A stretch of DNA of 64,000 bases, taken from positions 201,187-265,186 of the forward strand of contig MU619242.1 in the NCBI GenBank assembly GCA_025201805.1. Direction: 5' to 3'. Source of the stretch: Parasitella parasitica NRRL 2501. Its lineage: Eukaryota > Fungi > Mucoromycota. The notes beneath the pieces were generated by a model that saw nothing but the letters and a program-made list of their open reading frames with translations, made no database searches and was not told the DNA's origin. Position numbers and translations under genes: made by a program. Positions 1 through 12,669 of the stretch are shown one piece after another (position 1 is the stretch's first letter; every line of letters starts with the position of its first letter).

Positions 1-1179
1 TAAAAATAGATAATTTGCTCAGATATTATCACATAAAACCATTTACTTACCACATGTGCTGCTCACCACATTTTCCAGGTGTTCATACTTCTTGCTGTTT
101 TCCCATACATTGCCAGTGAGCAATCATTTCCAATTAAAGAGCACAAATGAGCCACATAACAACAACTTGATATTTTGAATCGATAGTTGAGATGCTGAAG
201 GATATGGCTAGAAAAATCATTTTTATGTAACTTTGTGTTTGTTCGAAATTAATACCATCTCCAATCTGTAAAATCTTATGTTATAGAGAAAGATTCATTG
301 AAACGTCTCAATTGCATTCTGACAGATTCTATGCGATATTGGCATGAGAATTTTATGGAAAATCTTTATTGCTATTATAACTAAATCTGAATAGCTGTTG
401 TTGTATTAGTTTATCGAGAATATGTGCAGAAAACTAGAACGGATTTTTAGAGCATGTCAGAACTTAACATTGATAGATCCTTGATTTCACAGAGAGCACA
501 TAGCCAAAAGAGTCTTTCAAAGCTGTCAGATCAAGAAAAGCTGTACTAAGTCGTACCACTCACAAACTTCCAATGTAAATAAGCTGCTGATAATAAGAAA
601 TGTATCCATTCTCCCATAATATGAAATACTTTGATTTGCTTTTCTCAATATCTGAAAATGACGGCCACATTGAATACGGCTCTCCTTCAATACCGTAAAG
701 GCATTTTAAAATTGGTTTTGAACACAAAGATTAAACAACTATTTGTCATTCTAATGAGTTTTTGAGCTGTTCTTTTAGACATGAAGCTGCTTCGTTGCAA
801 CAACTACCAAGTTGACAGTTCGTATAGAGGTGCAATCAATCCCCTGCGTCACTATAGGCATCTCTCTCGTGACTCTTTTACATTAACGTTGCGAAATGCT
901 GGTCAATTTGTATTTCCAACCCTTGAATCGGGGCTATCCCCGTCTTTTTCTTTCAAGAATATATTTTACAGCCTTTGCTTTCTTACCCCCTCCCTTTAAT
1001 ACAAGAACTTGTTAAATATGGTAAAATAAAACAATTCAATCCTGACCGACTGATTCAGATGAAAAACGTAAAGGCTCGTCCACTTGGGATCTGAAGTTTT
1101 TCACATGAATGTGTCACCAAGGGTTATCAAATCTAACATTTCATAATTTTTTTGATAGCTTCGTTTTTCTTCAAAGTTA

Positions 1180-1868
1180 ATGACCTCAACCTCTGTCGCT
1201 GCTAGACAATCAGCTCGGTAAGCAACAATAAACGGTGATAAGGAAGAGTATTTCAGCTGACATTTTGCTGATTAGCATGTCAAACGTTGTCCCTGTCTGT
1301 GCTAGACGTTGGTACAGTGCTGAACCCCTCCCTACCCCTGGTTCAGCAGCCTCTGCCGACCCTAAAATCACTGCCATTGTTGACCAAATTGAATGTTTGA
1401 CATTATTGCAAACTTCTGAACTTGTATCACAATTAAAGGTAAATGTCAATTTAGTTGGGAAATGGGAGACATAAAGGAGTGATGGCTTGAAAATGACATG
1501 AATGCATTGGACATGGAAGTTGGATATTAATATCGATGAAACGTTACATGTAGACTCGTTTGAATATCCAAGATATCGCAATGCCCATCGCTATGCCAAC
1601 TGGTGGCGCTGCCCCAGCTGCTGCTGCTGTTGAGGAAGAGAAGCCTGCTGAGAAGACTGAATTCAACATCAAGATTGACAAGGTGGATGCTGCTTCAAAG
1701 GCAAAGGTTATTCGTGAAGTTAAAAATTTGGCAGGCTTAAACTTGGTTGAGGCTAAGAAGTTTGTTGAAAGCGTACCCAAGGTTCTCAAGGAAAGTGTAC
1801 CCAAGGAAGAAGCTGAAAAATTAAAGAAAGCTCTTGAGGCTCTTGGTGCCACTGTTTTATTGGAATAG
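1180..1868 (+). CDS. MRPL12: Mitochondrial ribosomal protein L7/L12 (bL12m), 3 exons (1180-1217, 1276-1438, 1554-1868)
   Basis: Spliced product MTSTSVAARQSARMSNVV... (presequence-like), IVDQIECLTLLQTSELVSQLK, then the L12 C-terminal domain EKTEFNIKIDKVDAASKAKVIREVKNLAGLNLVEAKKFVE...LEALGATVLLE. GT-AG introns keep frame. Confidence 0.95.
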
Positions 1869-2016
1869 ATTTCTTTCTATTGGGTTTTTATTTTTTTGCA
1901 AAAAAGTTAGATATATAAATATAAATACAACCAAAATTTAAAATGAAAAAGTAACTTTCAATCTGCCACTTCGTCTATGATAAATAACAAGAGTATTTAG
2001 CTAGTTNNNNNNNNNN

Positions 2017-2062
<46 letters not shown>

Positions 2063-2420
2063 CCAAAGTCTTGACATCAAGCATTGAATTGAATCTAATT
2101 AAATGAAATGGCATGCCTTTAACGAGCTTATTTTTATTGATACGTGTGAGTGATGGAGATAAGTTACTGAAGATCGTAATGCAATGCTTTTACATGACAG
2201 ATCATGACAAGCAAAGTGTAGTTACGAATTGTACTAACATGGCCGTCGTGACATGAGGAATTCAAACGCAGTTTTTTATCATCAACCTCGATTCTTTCCC
2301 CCTCTTCTGCAACTTTGTACTATATTCTCTCTCTCTCTATCTCTCTATTTATTTTCTTCTTTGAGCTTTTACTCTATATTATATACCTTTAAAACTGGCC
2401 AAAATATACCAAATCATATT

Positions 2421-3451
<1,031 letters not shown>

Positions 3452-3661
3452 CTTTTCCTCATCTACATATCTACTTTCTCTACTCATCTATACAGTATGT
3501 ACCATATCCACTTCTTTTTCTTTTCTGTTGACATTGATTTCTTGTTTATTAGATGCTATACAAAAAAATATAGATTTATTATGAAATAGTGTACACACAA
3601 AAATGTTATTGAACATTAAATATACATGGAAATTGGGAATATAAAGATGCAAAAATACAAA

Positions 3662-5305
3662 TTAAGCTATTATACTAATGGTTTTTTTATAAACGCGTTT
3701 CCAAAGTGGAACAGGCTCATCTTCTTGACTTTCCTTGACATGTAAATCCTCATCTTTTATAGTGCCAGTTTCAAAATCCATCTCGCTGGCCTTGATGAAT
3801 GGATCCCTTCTGTACAGCTTGTTGCTGACGTACAAAACAATACAGAACATGACCGATAAATACGCAGAAACGCAATTCTTGGCATCAATAGGAGGAAGGA
3901 ATGTCTGATAGCCTTGACCGCCGATAACGATGCACCCAACAACGATGACGAAAATATCACCAAAGGGAAAGAAAGGTGCTGCGTACGGCAGAGATGTCAC
4001 CGATCTACCTTGAGCCCGCATGCCCATTCGGAAACGGATATGTGTAATAGAGATAGTGACCCAAACAATCAAGCCAGCAACAGAGGGCAATGCTGTAAGC
4101 CAGTTAAAAACGACACCAGAGCTGAATAAACTAGTTAAGAAAGCCAAACAACCGACAGCACAGGTAGCAAGGACAGCCCAGATTGGAATGCCCCACCTGT
4201 TAATGCGAGTGAAAATCCGAGGAGCAGAACCCTCTTCTGCTAAAGCCAAAAGAGTCCTGCTAGACGAGTATACACCTGAATTACCTGCAGATATCATAGT
4301 GATGAGAATAATGGCATTCATCAAATCAGCAGCCCAAGCAGCGCCAGCTTTCTGGAACACTAACGTAAAAGGAGAAACAGCAACATTACCAGAACCTTGG
4401 AGAAGATCGGGATCTGTATAAGGAATAACAAGGCCAATAATCAAGATGGACAGAATATAAAACAGGACAATACGAAAGAAAACCTGCTTAACGGCAGAAG
4501 GTACCGTCTTGTGAGGATTTTCTGACTCGCCAGCAGTGATACCGACAATCTCGACACCATTAAACGAAAAGGCAGCAGTGATAAAGACATTAAAAACGCC
4601 CAGAAAGCCGTAAGGGAAAGCACCTCCTTCCAAATGGAAATTAGTAACACCAATATGATCACCACCAGCAGCACCAGTATCGACGCAAATGCCAACAATG
4701 ATAAATGCAATGACAGTTAAAACCTTGACGAAAGAAATCCAGTATTCGACCTCGCCATAGCCCTTGACAGAGAATACATTGATGCAGACAAGCAAAGCGA
4801 GACAAATAATACTCCACACGACGCTAGGTACACTTTTAACCCAATATTCCATTATCATGGCTACACCTGTTAGCTCAACAGCCACTCCAACAGACCAGTT
4901 TACCCAATAAATCCAGCCAAGCATGAAGCCGAGGGAGGGATCAACGAAACGCCTGGCATAATGCGCAAAGCTTCCGGAAACAGGGATATAAGCAGACATT
5001 TCACCAAGACTCATCATGACACAGAATACCAAAATCCCAACAATCCCATAGGCCACGAGGGCACCACCTGGGCCCCCACTAGAAATAGCTTTGCCGGATG
5101 CCATAAAGAGGCCAGTGCCAATTGTACCGCCTAGAGCAATCATCTGAATATGTCTGGCCTTTAGGCCTCGGCGCAAGCCAGCCTTTTCAGTAGCATCAGA
5201 TACATGTATAGATGTAGCGGAAGAATAGCATGACTCAGCGAAGTCTACTGCCGTGCTAGCTTCATCTTGAGCATCGATTTTAAATTTTTCATTGTTGGAT
5301 TCCAT
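3662..5305 (-). CDS. Amino-acid permease (APC superfamily, YAT/AAT type), intronless
   Basis: LRRGLKARHIQMIALGGTIGTGLF, GYGEVEYW, GITAGESENPHKTVPSA motifs; about 12 hydrophobic segments. Confidence 0.95.
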   Translation of the reverse strand: MESNNEKFKIDAQDEASTAVDFAESCYSSATSIHVSDATEKAGLRRGLKARHIQMIALGGTIGTGLFMASGKAISSGGPGGALVAYGIVGILVFCVMMSLGEMSAYIPVSGSFAHYARRFVDPSLGFMLGWIYWVNWSVGVAVELTGVAMIMEYWVKSVPSVVWSIICLALLVCINVFSVKGYGEVEYWISFVKVLTVIAFIIVGICVDTGAAGGDHIGVTNFHLEGGAFPYGFLGVFNVFITAAFSFNGVEIVGITAGESENPHKTVPSAVKQVFFRIVLFYILSILIIGLVIPYTDPDLLQGSGNVAVSPFTLVFQKAGAAWAADLMNAIILITMISAGNSGVYSSSRTLLALAEEGSAPRIFTRINRWGIPIWAVLATCAVGCLAFLTSLFSSGVVFNWLTALPSVAGLIVWVTISITHIRFRMGMRAQGRSVTSLPYAAPFFPFGDIFVIVVGCIVIGGQGYQTFLPPIDAKNCVSAYLSVMFCIVLYVSNKLYRRDPFIKASEMDFETGTIKDEDLHVKESQEDEPVPLWKRVYKKTISIIA

Positions 5306-6692
5306 AGCAATAAAAAAAACACGTTAATTTAATAGTTGTGGCCAGAGACCCGGATTTGGCTGATTTAATAAATTTCCTTATACACAAGGTGCTTGATAAT
5401 GCTCTTTTTTCTCCGTATGAGGCAGGAAAACAAGAGTTGGATATACAACAAAAATTAGATGAAAAAGAAGGAAAAACTGAAATTACTGCATTGACCTTAG
5501 TTTTACTTTTTTTNNNNNNNNNNNNNNNNNNNNNNNNNNNNNNNNNNNNNNNNNNNNNGGTTTTAAACAATACATGCCGCATCAGGGTGTTTTAGTTTTT
5601 AATTTCTTTCAATGTTTGTTCGCTCAATGTTTGGACGTCTTTGATCATGAATCAGCGTAACATATTTTATTAGCAAATCAAATGGGTTCAATTGTTCCCA
5701 CGCATGTTCGTTTATACCATATAAACACATTTTGTTTGCAAAGTTACGTCAAAATGATATTCTAAACTGATCTTAAATATTCTGCAATGTAATAAAACAA
5801 ACGAGATGAGATGGTGTCAACTTGAGCGAGAATCATTGGCTTGAGAGATCTTTGTTGTATCGCCGAATGCCTACAATTTGAAAACATGAACAATGAAAGC
5901 TTTTCTTAGTAACAAGATGCATACTATTAGGGAGTGCATAAATCTGTATATTGAATGTCTGGAAAAAAGCTCATGTTAATTACGGAATCTGCCTCTTAAA
6001 GATAATGAAAAAATTACACATGGTGCTGCAAATTTCTGATTTATTAACTTGCAACGTAACACTCGAGTATACATGGTGCCTAATTAACACAGTGCTTTTT
6101 GAATGTAATTCCCTGGTAAAGTGTGTTTATTCTCATGACTGGATGATGTGTAGCCCCTTAGGTATATAAGGATGGCAGGAAGTGGGGTTCGCCTACCATT
6201 GAAACAGTGTAGATCAATCGATAAGTGCTGTCATTGAGATGGAGTTATTTTCTTCTTATATGCTGCAAAGACACGATTGCAAATCATTTTGAGATCCAAT
6301 TATATTTGTTGGAAAGCATTTTTGGTTAGATGGACCCCTTCTTGTACTCACAAAGATTGTCGTTGCAGGGTTTTAAACAATGCCATCAAGCACAAGAATC
6401 TACAAATAGCCTAGCCCTACACGTGGAGGTCTGGACATTGATTATACACACACTATGGGAGCAAAGCAAAGTAAGAGAGCGAAAATCTTGTTAGGAGACC
6501 CCAAGAAAAGGAGGTTATCTTCTTTGTGAACAGTGATATTCATTATTTTTAATATGCATTTTAAACCATAGAACTCGATGGTGGTCTCCTTGCATGGTAG
6601 GTAAGGGCGATTTTTTTTTTTCTATATAAACCATCGAAATTTAAATATTTTTTATCTTCATTAAATCTTATCTACATTTACATATTACAATC

Positions 6693-7357
6693 ATGAAATT
6701 CTTTGGTATTGCTTCTGCTATCGTTGGTGCTTTTGTCGCCATTGCAACTGCTGCCCCTGCTGCTACCGGTGAAGCCACTAAATTTTACATTACTGCACCT
6801 CTTCAACAGAACACTTTTAATGCTGGTGGAGTCCTCACCACTCAATGGAAGAACGGTGAACCTGGTCCTTTCAAAATTGAATTGCTTCAGGGAACTGACC
6901 CTGCAAGCATGCAGGATGCCAATGTTGCATTCAAAAACACTGATGGAAGCACTGGATCTTACAAATGGGAAATCCCCAAGGACTTTGCTGCTGGTACTTA
7001 TGCTCTCCACTTTGTCTTTAAAGAGTGAGTATTCAATTATGCATACTTATTATTGTAACAAAGTGTCTAATATTCTGTTATAGCGGTGAGTCTTATTCTC
7101 CCCAGTTCAAGATTACCTCTGGTAAAGCCGACAGCCCCAAAGCCGACACCAAGACTGGTGCCACTGACTCCAAAACTGGTGCCAATGACTCCAAAACTGG
7201 TAGCACTGACACCAAAACTGGTAGCACTGACACCAAAACTGGAAGCACTGCTGCCAACCCTCAGGCTCCTGCCACTGGTGCTTCTACCAAGCCAGATGCT
7301 GCCAAGCAACCTGCTCAACCCGGAGCCAAGACTGATAATGAAACTGGAAAAGCTTAA
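6693..7357 (+). CDS. Secreted Ser/Thr-rich cell-surface protein with Kre9/Knh1-like N-terminal domain; intron 7025-7083
   Basis: Signal peptide MKFFGIASAIVGAFVAIATA; FYITAP...W...GSYKWEIPKDFAAGTYAL...SYSPQFKI pattern; repetitive Thr/Gly tail; TATA-like TATATAAA near 6623. Confidence 0.8.
7145..7249 (+). repeat. Coding minisatellite, 5 x 21 bp, encoding D[TS]KTG[AS][TN]
   Basis: gacaccaagactggtgccact / gactccaaaactggtgccaat / gactccaaaactggtagcact / gacaccaaaactggtagcact / gacaccaaaactggaagcact. Confidence 0.95.
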
Positions 7358-7548
7358 ATTACTTGCGTTACTAGACAATATACATATAATATACTGAAAT
7401 TGTAATAAATAAATTCCAAACAAATGTTAATTATATTTAATACTGTTCTCTTTGTATTCTACATTGAAATAGCTTTCATTGTACCTGCGTACACTGGTAT
7501 AAAGCCTGAATTATTCAAATAATTCCTTTACTAGATTTGCTTGTAACA

Positions 7549-8272
7549 ATGCGTTCCTTTCTCAAGGCTTCTTTTTATCTGTGTACTTTTATACTCTGTT
7601 TAATCAATGCAACAAGCGCATCGTCTTCGTCGCGCAGACCAAATTTAAACAATGATATCGAGCTTACGAAGCAAAGTATAAAACGGAGAGCAAAAAGCTT
7701 TGATGAAAACCTAGCCGGTAAAGTTGCGTATTGCATGTCGAGACTAAAACACACATGCACTCAACAGCTCTACATACTTAGCTTATTTTCAACCCTGCCC
7801 ATACAAATTTAACGTTGCATCGAAATATAACAATATGAAAAGACCTTATCCTTTTAGCGAGAAATTTTTTGAAACTAGAAATACTGAAATGGCAGTTACA
7901 GGTGCATAAGTAGCAGCTTATACATATGCGTGAAAAGCAATATTAAATACTGATATTTATATTACTTTTATATGTGTAGCTAAATGTCGTGAAACCTATC
8001 TTTCAGAGGATTTGGCTAAGGACATTGAAAAGTTAATGCTTCATTATGATGATATCTCACCTGCGCAAAAGCTGATCGTTGATTATCGACTTAAGACAGG
8101 CTACTATAAGCCTATATTTGTTTCAAAGAAAGGATGGCCTCATGCTGATTTAGAAGAACTCGTATTGAAAGCCAGTACTGTGGCCTATGCCGTTTTCATT
8201 CTCAAAGGAATGTCAGCATTCCTTTATAAACATTTTTTCATTGACAACATACACATTGAAAATGAGCGGTAG
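7549..8272 (+). CDS. Orphan putative secreted protein, about 193 aa, 3 exons (7549-7717, 7782-7901, 7980-8272)
   Basis: Signal peptide MRSFLKASFYLCTFILCLINATSA. Two GT-AG introns join ORF 7537-7812 in frame to ORF 8012-8272. The second donor (GTGCAT) is weak. Confidence 0.6.
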
Positions 8273-8546
8273 TAGATAGCCGTATGCGTAGTTTAGAGAT
8301 ATAAAGCATATATCGCTTTGATATTTTACAATAAATCGATTTAAATACATAATCTTGAATCACTTTTTTTTACTCACTCTGTGAAGAGCTATTTGGAAGT
8401 AATGGCTATAATAATTGCAATCGAAAGTGTATCAATGATTAAAATGTACTCTTTATATTATGTAATAAATGGTAAAATTTTCAAAATGTATAATCTTTAT
8501 GAAAACAGAAAGTGAAAAATTCTAGCCTCCAGGGCTAACCGTGATC

Positions 8547-11343
8547 TTACTGATGCTTATCAGCTTCAGCCATTTCACCAAGAAGATTTATAATGTCAGT
8601 GGGCGTTTCCACTTGCCAGTTTGCCATGCTCTTCTTCATTGTGGGGCCAACGGTGATTGTGTAAAGACTTGAGTTTGTATCATTCCAAGACTTTGCAGAG
8701 CTTCCGTCAGTTACGAGTTTGTCATGGTATCTGGCGAAATAGGTAGCCGAAAGAGTACGGAACATGTCTTCATCTGTCTTGTCATCGCCAGCACAAACAA
8801 CGAAATCCGAATCTGGAGACTGAGCCATGATCTTCTTTACAATTTCGCCCTTATTGATCATCATGGGACGCACTTCCAAGTTCTTTTTTCCTACCAAAAT
8901 TTCCACAGGCATCTTGGAAACTACAGAGCTTTCCAGATGATTTTGACATTCCTTGGCTTGAAACAAGCCGTATTCCTCATCAGCCATACGATAGTGCCAG
9001 GTAATGGACGACTTTTTATGCTCCACAAAACTTCCCTCAGTTCGCTCGGTGTAATAGTCAAAAATTTCTGTAACATCCTTCTTCCAGCTCATGTCAATAT
9101 TGTCCAAGACGTTTGTCCAATTATCAGATCCGGCAGCTTTGAGGAAGCAGCCGTGCTCAGCACTCATACCAAGATTTTTGATGTTCCCAAGCCAGTCTTC
9201 GAGACAAGCTTGATTGCGACCCGAGATAACCCAGACTTCATTGCGAGGATCGTTACATAAATCTTGGATGTATTGCAGCATTTCAGGGAAGGGCTTAGCG
9301 TCGGTGGGCACAGAGACGATCGGAGTCAATGTACCGTCATAATCAAAAAACATAAGTCGCTTCTTGGCCTTCTTGTAGCTTTCGAAAAATTGCTGAGGAT
9401 TCAAGGCAGGGGTGGATTGAGACTGGAGCGAGAAATCCTTGGTGCTCTCAACCAGCTGTTTGACAAACGACTTTGCCCAAAAAGCAGCCGAATGCTCCTT
9501 GACATAGCTAAAAAGCTGGTTGTGGCGAGTCAACTTTTCTTCTGGACCCATCAACAACGCTTCATTCAAAGCTTTGGCAACACCGGCATAGTCAAAGGGA
9601 TTCACAATCAAAGCAGCGCTTAGAGAGCCTGCAGTGCCGGTGAATTCAGATAGGATAAGGGGGCCATGTGTCTCTTGTTGACATATGATGTACTCTAACG
9701 AAGTAGTATTCATACCATCTCTCAAACTAGTAATTAAACCGACATCAGCAACAGATAACAAGGCATAATATTCATCGCGATCAACATCTTGATAATAATG
9801 ATGGCAAGGAGAGAACTCGAGGCTGCCAAACTTTGAATTGATATGGCTGACCATCTCAGATACCTTTGTTTCCAGCTTTGAATTGTCACCATAGGTAGGA
9901 GTAGTAACTTGGATCAGTACAACTTCCTTGCGCCATTCAGGATACTCGGTCAAGAACTTTTCAAATGCGTGTAGTTTTTGAAGAACGCCCTTTGTAGAAT
10001 CCAACTTGTCACGTCCGATAATAATCTTCTTACCAATGTACATGTCACGGATAGCCTTCATTTTGGGAGCAACTGCAGGCTCCCTGCGGAATTGATCAAC
10101 ACGGTTAGCATCGATGCCAATTGGGAAAGTCCCAACAGAGACAATATGTCCATTTACGTTGACTCCCGTTTGAGTTGATTCGCAACCGAGCACACGAGTA
10201 CAAGCACCGATAAAATGTCTGGCGTACGAGTAGGTCTAAGGATATTTTAGCCAAATTCCATCCCTCTTTAGTTCCCCTTTCTCTTTCAATTATTTACCTG
10301 GAAGCCGACTAAATTAGCTCCTAAAAAGCCTTGAAGAATCTCTTTACGGGCTATTTTTAAACCATCAGTTTGAGAAAATAAAATAAAAAAAGATGTTTAT
10401 GCAAACAAATACTTACTAGTTAAACAGCGAAAAATCTCAGAACTGGGAAAGGTAGCATGGAGGAATAAGCCAATTGGGGCGTCGGGGATCATTTCTCTCA
10501 ACATCTCGGGAACCAGTAGCAAGTGATAATCATTAATAAAAACTGTTATAGAGTTAGAATCTCTTTTTAATGAGTATGTAATAATAAGCAAATTACTTAC
10601 TGACATCTCCAGCTTGGTAATTCTGAGCAATAATCTCGGCAAACTGACGATTCACCGCAACATAATCTTCCCAGTTTTGCTTTTCGGAGCTACTGTCGGA
10701 ATCGTTACTCAACACAAGGTAATGGAACAAGGGCCAAAGAACTAGAGTTGCATTTTAATTAACCCTAGCTGTTGACAATGTATGTGCCAATATTCCTACC
10801 TTCTTTGCAGTAGCCTTCGTAATGACCTCGAGCTTTGCTATCCAGAAATACGGGGATAATGTTGCCTGTCTTGAACAAAAGACCCTCAATTTTAGCTCTA
10901 TCGTCATCTGTCAAATCTTCTGCAGGAAGTATGACTTTGTTTGATTCATCCTTGATAGGGCCAGTCCAACCAATATGTAATGTTTGGTATTCATCGTTCA
11001 GGCTTTGCAGACCAGCGTTGAGAGCACCATGACCTCTATCTTGTACAATCAGCCATTCAGCGGCGCGAAATTTGGCACGCAAGGTACGAGTACGAACATG
11101 GTGGCGAGCCAGTTTAGAGACGGGAGCAGCAGCAATTTCTGGGTCTTCAGTTTTACCACCAGGAGCAGCAGGCTTGGGAGGAGCGGCAGGCTGATCACTT
11201 ACCACGGTTGAAACGTTACTGGATGATCTTGATATGTGAAAAGGGATTTGGTGTGTGACATTGATGATACGTCCCGAGATTTGGGGCATTCTTCCAGCCA
11301 AAGGCAAATAATCAGCGACTTTCTCTGCTGTTAATGGTGACAT
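8547..11343 (-). CDS. TPS2: Trehalose-6-phosphate phosphatase (GT20 domain + HAD phosphatase), multi-exon
   Basis: GT20 motifs (FINDYHLLLVP, GLFLHATFPSSEIFRCL, GRDKLDSTKG, LRDGMNTTSLEY) plus intact HAD motifs FFDYDGTLTPI, ISGR, GDDKTDEDMF. Confidence 0.95.
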
Positions 11344-12669
11344 GTTGAATTAGTACAGTTGCTGTGGATGTTGGTTTTATAGCGAAGGAAAGTAAAAAAG
11401 AAAAAGATAGAAAGAAAAAAAAGAGATGCATTGTTATAAATAACGATTTCAGCGGAAATGAAAAACATGTTGATTTGAGGCATCGCATGAACCCTTTCCA
11501 TCACTCTGTTGTAATCTTCGGAAATATCCATAGCGTCATTCTATGTATTAGACACCCGCTATTTCTCGCTGCATGTCAAGAAGCAGTTGTAGACTTTGTT
11601 GTGGTGGAGTGCTCGATTAGATACTGATTGCTATGCACCACTTTTATGCATGTTCGCATGTAGGATATAAATGACTATATTGCAATTTTCAAACGTGGCA
11701 AAAGCTATGTCATTATTGTTCTGTGTATTTTCATATAAACACATTGAGTTTTGTAATATCTTGTGCAACACAATTCTTCCAGGAACTTATGTTGATCGAT
11801 CTGTTGAGATAATCGAAAATTATGTCATCAACGTCATACCATCCAAGTATGAATACGGTATAATTTAATCCAAAAATGAATACCAAATCATCAGCAACTA
11901 GTATATATCTGTATAAATTTTGTTTAAAAAGATGCTTTGTTGCGATTGTCACAATATTCTTCTAGAATAGTTTTACGACATGATGATATCACTTGTGTAA
12001 TCAGATCTCATTTGGTGCTCAGTTTGAGGTTTTACAAGGGGAGTTATTTGTAGAAAGCGATAGTATACAAATTCCAGGACTCTTTTGAATATGCAAAAAA
12101 AACCAAATCGAATTTTAAATTACTTGAATATATATAGCGTTTGGTTCAAGTGTCATGTTAGTTATTCAATCTCAAGTTGCTTACGTCCGCTTGCATGATT
12201 TAAATCTTGTATACCCTGTGCAACAGCAAAATAAGCCTCCTTTCTTTGTGATTTTCCAATATACTTGCAGACCAACATTCAATTTGATAGATATCTTAAT
12301 GATCACGGTCTCGTAAGCATATAAAATTGGCAATTAGCCAAACATCTTGTATCCCAAGAAAAAGTTATCCTGCCCAACATTTACGGGGTTTCATACCTTA
12401 ATTTAATTTCACGAGCACGTACATCTATCATGTATCCATAATCTTATGGCTATCAATGTACGGTAATTCATCGTGCACCTTTTGTCACGCAGCTATAAGG
12501 TCACTCCATCAATATCATCTCTCATCCTCACAAGATAGTTTAACTTTATTCTTGGTGCATACTTTAGACATTATCAAGCCTTTTTTATGTTTATATGTTT
12601 TTGCAATTAACACTTCTTGACGCCAGATGTGTATGAGAAGCGTATGTAAAATAATTTAAGTGTGTTTAT

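Noticed and set aside
1-780. Possible minus-strand gene running off the left edge
   Set aside because: Splice-like signals and short open stretches exist, but no consistent frame or recognisable product could be built.
2007-2060. Poly(A) tracts next to N runs (also near 5514, 35291, 51461, 62936) as retroposon tails
   Set aside because: They are homopolymer-associated assembly gaps with no retroposed body or target-site duplication visible.
5800-6500. Possible kinase or transposon relic upstream of the permease
   Set aside because: Only faint resemblances; no motif supportable.
7145-7249. CRISPR-like array
   Set aside because: Head-to-tail coding repeats with no spacers in a eukaryotic gene.
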